Position numbers and translations under genes: made by a program. The notes beneath the pieces were generated by a model. That model was not told the origin of the DNA and ran no database searches. It worked only from the letters and a program-made list of their open reading frames with translations. Positions 30,754-32,685 of a stretch of DNA of 32,685 bases are shown here, piece after piece. This stretch comes from a virus, in IMG/VR virus record IMGVR_UViG_3300007516_000004, positions 1-32,685 of that record. One strand, given 5' to 3'. How positions within the stretch are numbered: the first letter of the stretch is position 1; each line of letters opens with the position of its first letter.

Positions 30754-31125
30754 TCATACTTTACTTTGCAAAACTAATATTTCACTATTCGGGCCTTTAT
30801 ACGCAAACCATAAACCAATATATTTATTGAAAGAAAAATAAGAAATGTTATTTAGTTTGCAAATGGTTTTAATACTTAGATTTGGATTTTCTACAAAATC
30901 TTCAATTATTCGAGCCACTTTAGGATTGTTTTTTACTTTTGCATAAATCTTTTTGCGCCTTAAGAATATTTTATCTATATGTATGCCCATAAGTTGCGCT
31001 CTAAGCCTAACTGCCATTATACTCCGATTAGTTTTCTCTGCTATTTCCGCTACTCGATTAGAGGGATAAAGCTCTTTTACAAGCGCTATTTCTGATCGTG
31101 TCCAATTCTTTTTATTTAAAGTCAT
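30754..31125 (-). CDS. DNA-binding protein (Myb/SANT-like HTH)
   Basis: WTRSEIALVKELYPSNRVAEIAEKTNRSIMAVRLRAQLMG is SANT/Myb-like, and a second HTH-like segment (IKTICKLNNISYFSFNKY) follows. The stop is 7 nt from the P4 -33 box. Confidence 0.45.
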   Translation of the reverse strand: MTLNKKNWTRSEIALVKELYPSNRVAEIAEKTNRSIMAVRLRAQLMGIHIDKIFLRRKKIYAKVKNNPKVARIIEDFVENPNLSIKTICKLNNISYFSFNKYIGLWFAYKGPNSEILVLQSKV

Positions 31126-31810
31126 AACTCAACCCCCTTAAAACTAAAACACCTACCTGAGCTAATTCTTTTTTGTAACATTTATTATCGTTCACGTCCT
31201 TTGCAACCTCTCCAGCTTCTTCAGTCAACAAACTAACTAACTGATATTTACTTTTTACAAAGTCTGGATGTTTAATTTCGGCTTGCTTTAGTTCGTTTAA
31301 AACTAATTCTATTGCCGGTACGTATTTTAAAGGTATTTCGATTGATACTGTGTTGTGGTTAATTGGCATTTTGTTGATGAATTTTTGGTATGATTTTAGT
31401 TTCCATCTGTCGTCAATATTTACATGGCTTGAAAATTTACCATTTCTAAAAATAAAATAATTTTCAATTCCAGTAAAATAATTATCTTCTTTATACCCCA
31501 AAAACTCCGCTACTTCTTTAACCTTTAAATATTCTGATTCATTGCTAATCGGTATAGCAAACTCTTTTGGGTTAAGTAGGTTTTTTAGTTGTTTTAGGGA
31601 TATGATTTGTTTATTTTTGGGAAGTACGTTTTGCCATGCAACACTATTATGACGCATCCAAAAATAAATAAAACTACCTATAATTCTATAATTTTGATTT
31701 TTATATAGGTTTGCCATATTATCATTTGCAAAATGGTCTTTCAATATATCATAAGCTTTTTTAGCTTTTTCTGGCGTATCAATTAATACGCAAATTTCTT
31801 CTTTTTTCAT
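31112..31810 (-). CDS. Protein with a C-terminal MazG-like nucleotide pyrophosphohydrolase domain
   Basis: The C-terminal 70 aa (HPDF...LVSLLTEEAGEVAKDVND...ELAQVGVLVLR) carry the EExGE signature of the all-alpha NTP-PPase fold. The N-terminal 160 aa are unassigned. Confidence 0.4.
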   Translation of the reverse strand: MKKEEICVLIDTPEKAKKAYDILKDHFANDNMANLYKNQNYRIIGSFIYFWMRHNSVAWQNVLPKNKQIISLKQLKNLLNPKEFAIPISNESEYLKVKEVAEFLGYKEDNYFTGIENYFIFRNGKFSSHVNIDDRWKLKSYQKFINKMPINHNTVSIEIPLKYVPAIELVLNELKQAEIKHPDFVKSKYQLVSLLTEEAGEVAKDVNDNKCYKKELAQVGVLVLRGLSYDFK

Positions 31811-31813
31811 GGT

Positions 31814-32263
31814 TTAAAACTTAATTGTAATTGAAGATTTTGTGAATTTAGAAGATACTCCGTAAACTGTATTTTGATTTTCGTCTACTGTATTAACTTT
31901 TGATTTTGTTGCTTGGTTTATTAATAATTCACGCTGTTTAATCTTGTTTTTTAAATCAGCCCAAACCAAATCTTCATCATAGTTTAGGCTTTCACGTGGA
32001 TTAACAGGATTAAACTCTACACCGTTAAAACTATCCTTAGTGATAAAATCTATATCATTTCTTAGCTTATCAACTGCGCTATCAATAACGGCTTTTAGTC
32101 TTACTAAATTTGATAAAACTTTTTTAGGTTCTACAATACCATCATTAAAAACAGAATTAGCTAAATTTAAGCCTGTTAATTCTGCATCTCTTTTGCTAAA
32201 ATCGTGAGAATACATAAGAGCCAAATCTTCGGCTCTCATGTTAAAAAATAATTCCTTAGACAT
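31814..32263 (-). CDS. Hypothetical protein (149 aa) downstream of recT
   Basis: Track ORF. Overlaps the recT 3' end by 8 nt. No motif recognised. Confidence 0.5.
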   Translation of the reverse strand: MSKELFFNMRAEDLALMYSHDFSKRDAELTGLNLANSVFNDGIVEPKKVLSNLVRLKAVIDSAVDKLRNDIDFITKDSFNGVEFNPVNPRESLNYDEDLVWADLKNKIKQRELLINQATKSKVNTVDENQNTVYGVSSKFTKSSITIKF

Positions 32264-32685
32264 TATTAGTTTCCCTTTCTAAAATTTCATTTTGTGAATG
32301 ATTAAAAGAAAACTTTGCTTTTGATTTTTCTAAAACTTCTAAATCTCCAGCTTTTATTTTTTCTACTAATTGACCAAACATTTTTATAGGCATTTCGGGG
32401 AGTATAATTTCAACCTCTTTAACTTCTTCGTGTGTTGTGTCCTCGATAATAGATTCTAATTCATTTGGCATTTCATCAGACGTGTAAGGCATTCCAGCAA
32501 GTTCATCTGAAAAACACAACCTAAAACCCTGTGAAATTGCGACTTTTTTAGTCATAAAGGATGCTTTTTCCCAAAATTTTGTAACTCGTCCATCCCTTGT
32601 TTTTTGTACGCACTCTAAATATAAAGCCTCCCAAATAAAAGGATGTGAACGGTCTTTTCTATGTATGGTTACAATAGCTTTTAAA
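32256..32685 (-). CDS. recT: RecT-family protein, C-terminal part (the frame stays open to the window end; 32563..32685 duplicates 1..123)
   Basis: The track ORF 32256..32555 starts at an internal Met. Upstream codons (TTT TCC GCA ...) continue without a stop through the repeat and are in frame with 416..1. Confidence 0.85.
   Translation of the reverse strand, partial: LKAIVTIHRKDRSHPFIWEALYLECVQKTRDGRVTKFWEKASFMTKKVAISQGFRLCFSDELAGMPYTSDEMPNELESIIEDTTHEEVKEVEIILPEMPIKMFGQLVEKIKAGDLEVLEKSKAKFSFNHSQNEILERETNNV
32563..32685. repeat. Terminal direct repeat, copy 2 (identical to 1..123)
   Basis: See copy 1. Confidence 0.95.

Noticed and set aside
1-32685. Lysogeny module, tRNA genes, CRISPR arrays, diversity-generating retroelement, stop-codon reassignment
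   Set aside because: No integrase/recombinase motifs, no repeat-spacer periodicity, no reverse-transcriptase motifs and no cloverleaf-like segments were seen. All long genes are intact under the standard code. This was a by-eye scan, so small elements could have been missed.

Overview
The window is one complete genome of a tailed dsDNA phage. The last 123 bp (32563..32685) repeat the first 123 bp exactly, so the unique length is 32,562 bp and the map closes into a circle. A RecT-family gene reads in frame across the junction. Every credible gene is on the minus strand; the plus-strand ORFs in the track are antisense shadows.

Reading in the direction of transcription (high to low coordinates, wrapping):
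- 1629..416 and 32562..30754: early block with two tandem promoters, tiny ORFs, a 48-aa HTH, recT, a MazG-like protein and a Myb/SANT-like HTH.
- 30747..26513: promoter P4, then a short ORF, a long-loop terminator-like hairpin, an SNF2 helicase, an N6/N4 DNA methyltransferase, a C5 cytosine methyltransferase, and a terminator.
- 26347..21461: Cro-like HTH, replication-organizer candidate with an internal iteron/inverted-repeat cluster (putative ori), DnaB, VRR-NUC, HNH and small ORFs.
- 21450..12112: consensus promoter, TerS, TerL, small ORFs, two HK97-gp10-like paralogs, 497-aa and 718-aa structural proteins, tape-measure-like protein and a 45-aa RHH.
- 11968..11103: very AT-rich moron with its own promoter and terminator.
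- 11057..1699: XkdF-like protease/scaffold, major capsid, portal, tail fiber, holin-like proteins, M15 endolysin, a unimolecular-spanin candidate, and a terminator.

No integrase, tRNA, CRISPR array or plus-strand gene was found. The promoters match the Bacteroidota -33 TTTG / -7 TAnnTTTG consensus, which together with the low GC content points to a Bacteroidota (probably flavobacterial) host.

Most notable observations:
- Four promoters share an invariant 14-nt block.
- Two of these promoters (P3, P4) are followed by a terminator-like hairpin before the first long gene.
- Small DNA-binding genes that the ORF track missed sit directly upstream of three of these promoters (P1, P3, P4).
- The moron lies between the tail and head genes.
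- A putative origin is embedded in a replication gene.
- An SNF2 helicase is packaged with two methyltransferases.
- The lysis cassette ends with a u-spanin-like gene.

All functional calls come from motifs read by eye; no database search was possible.
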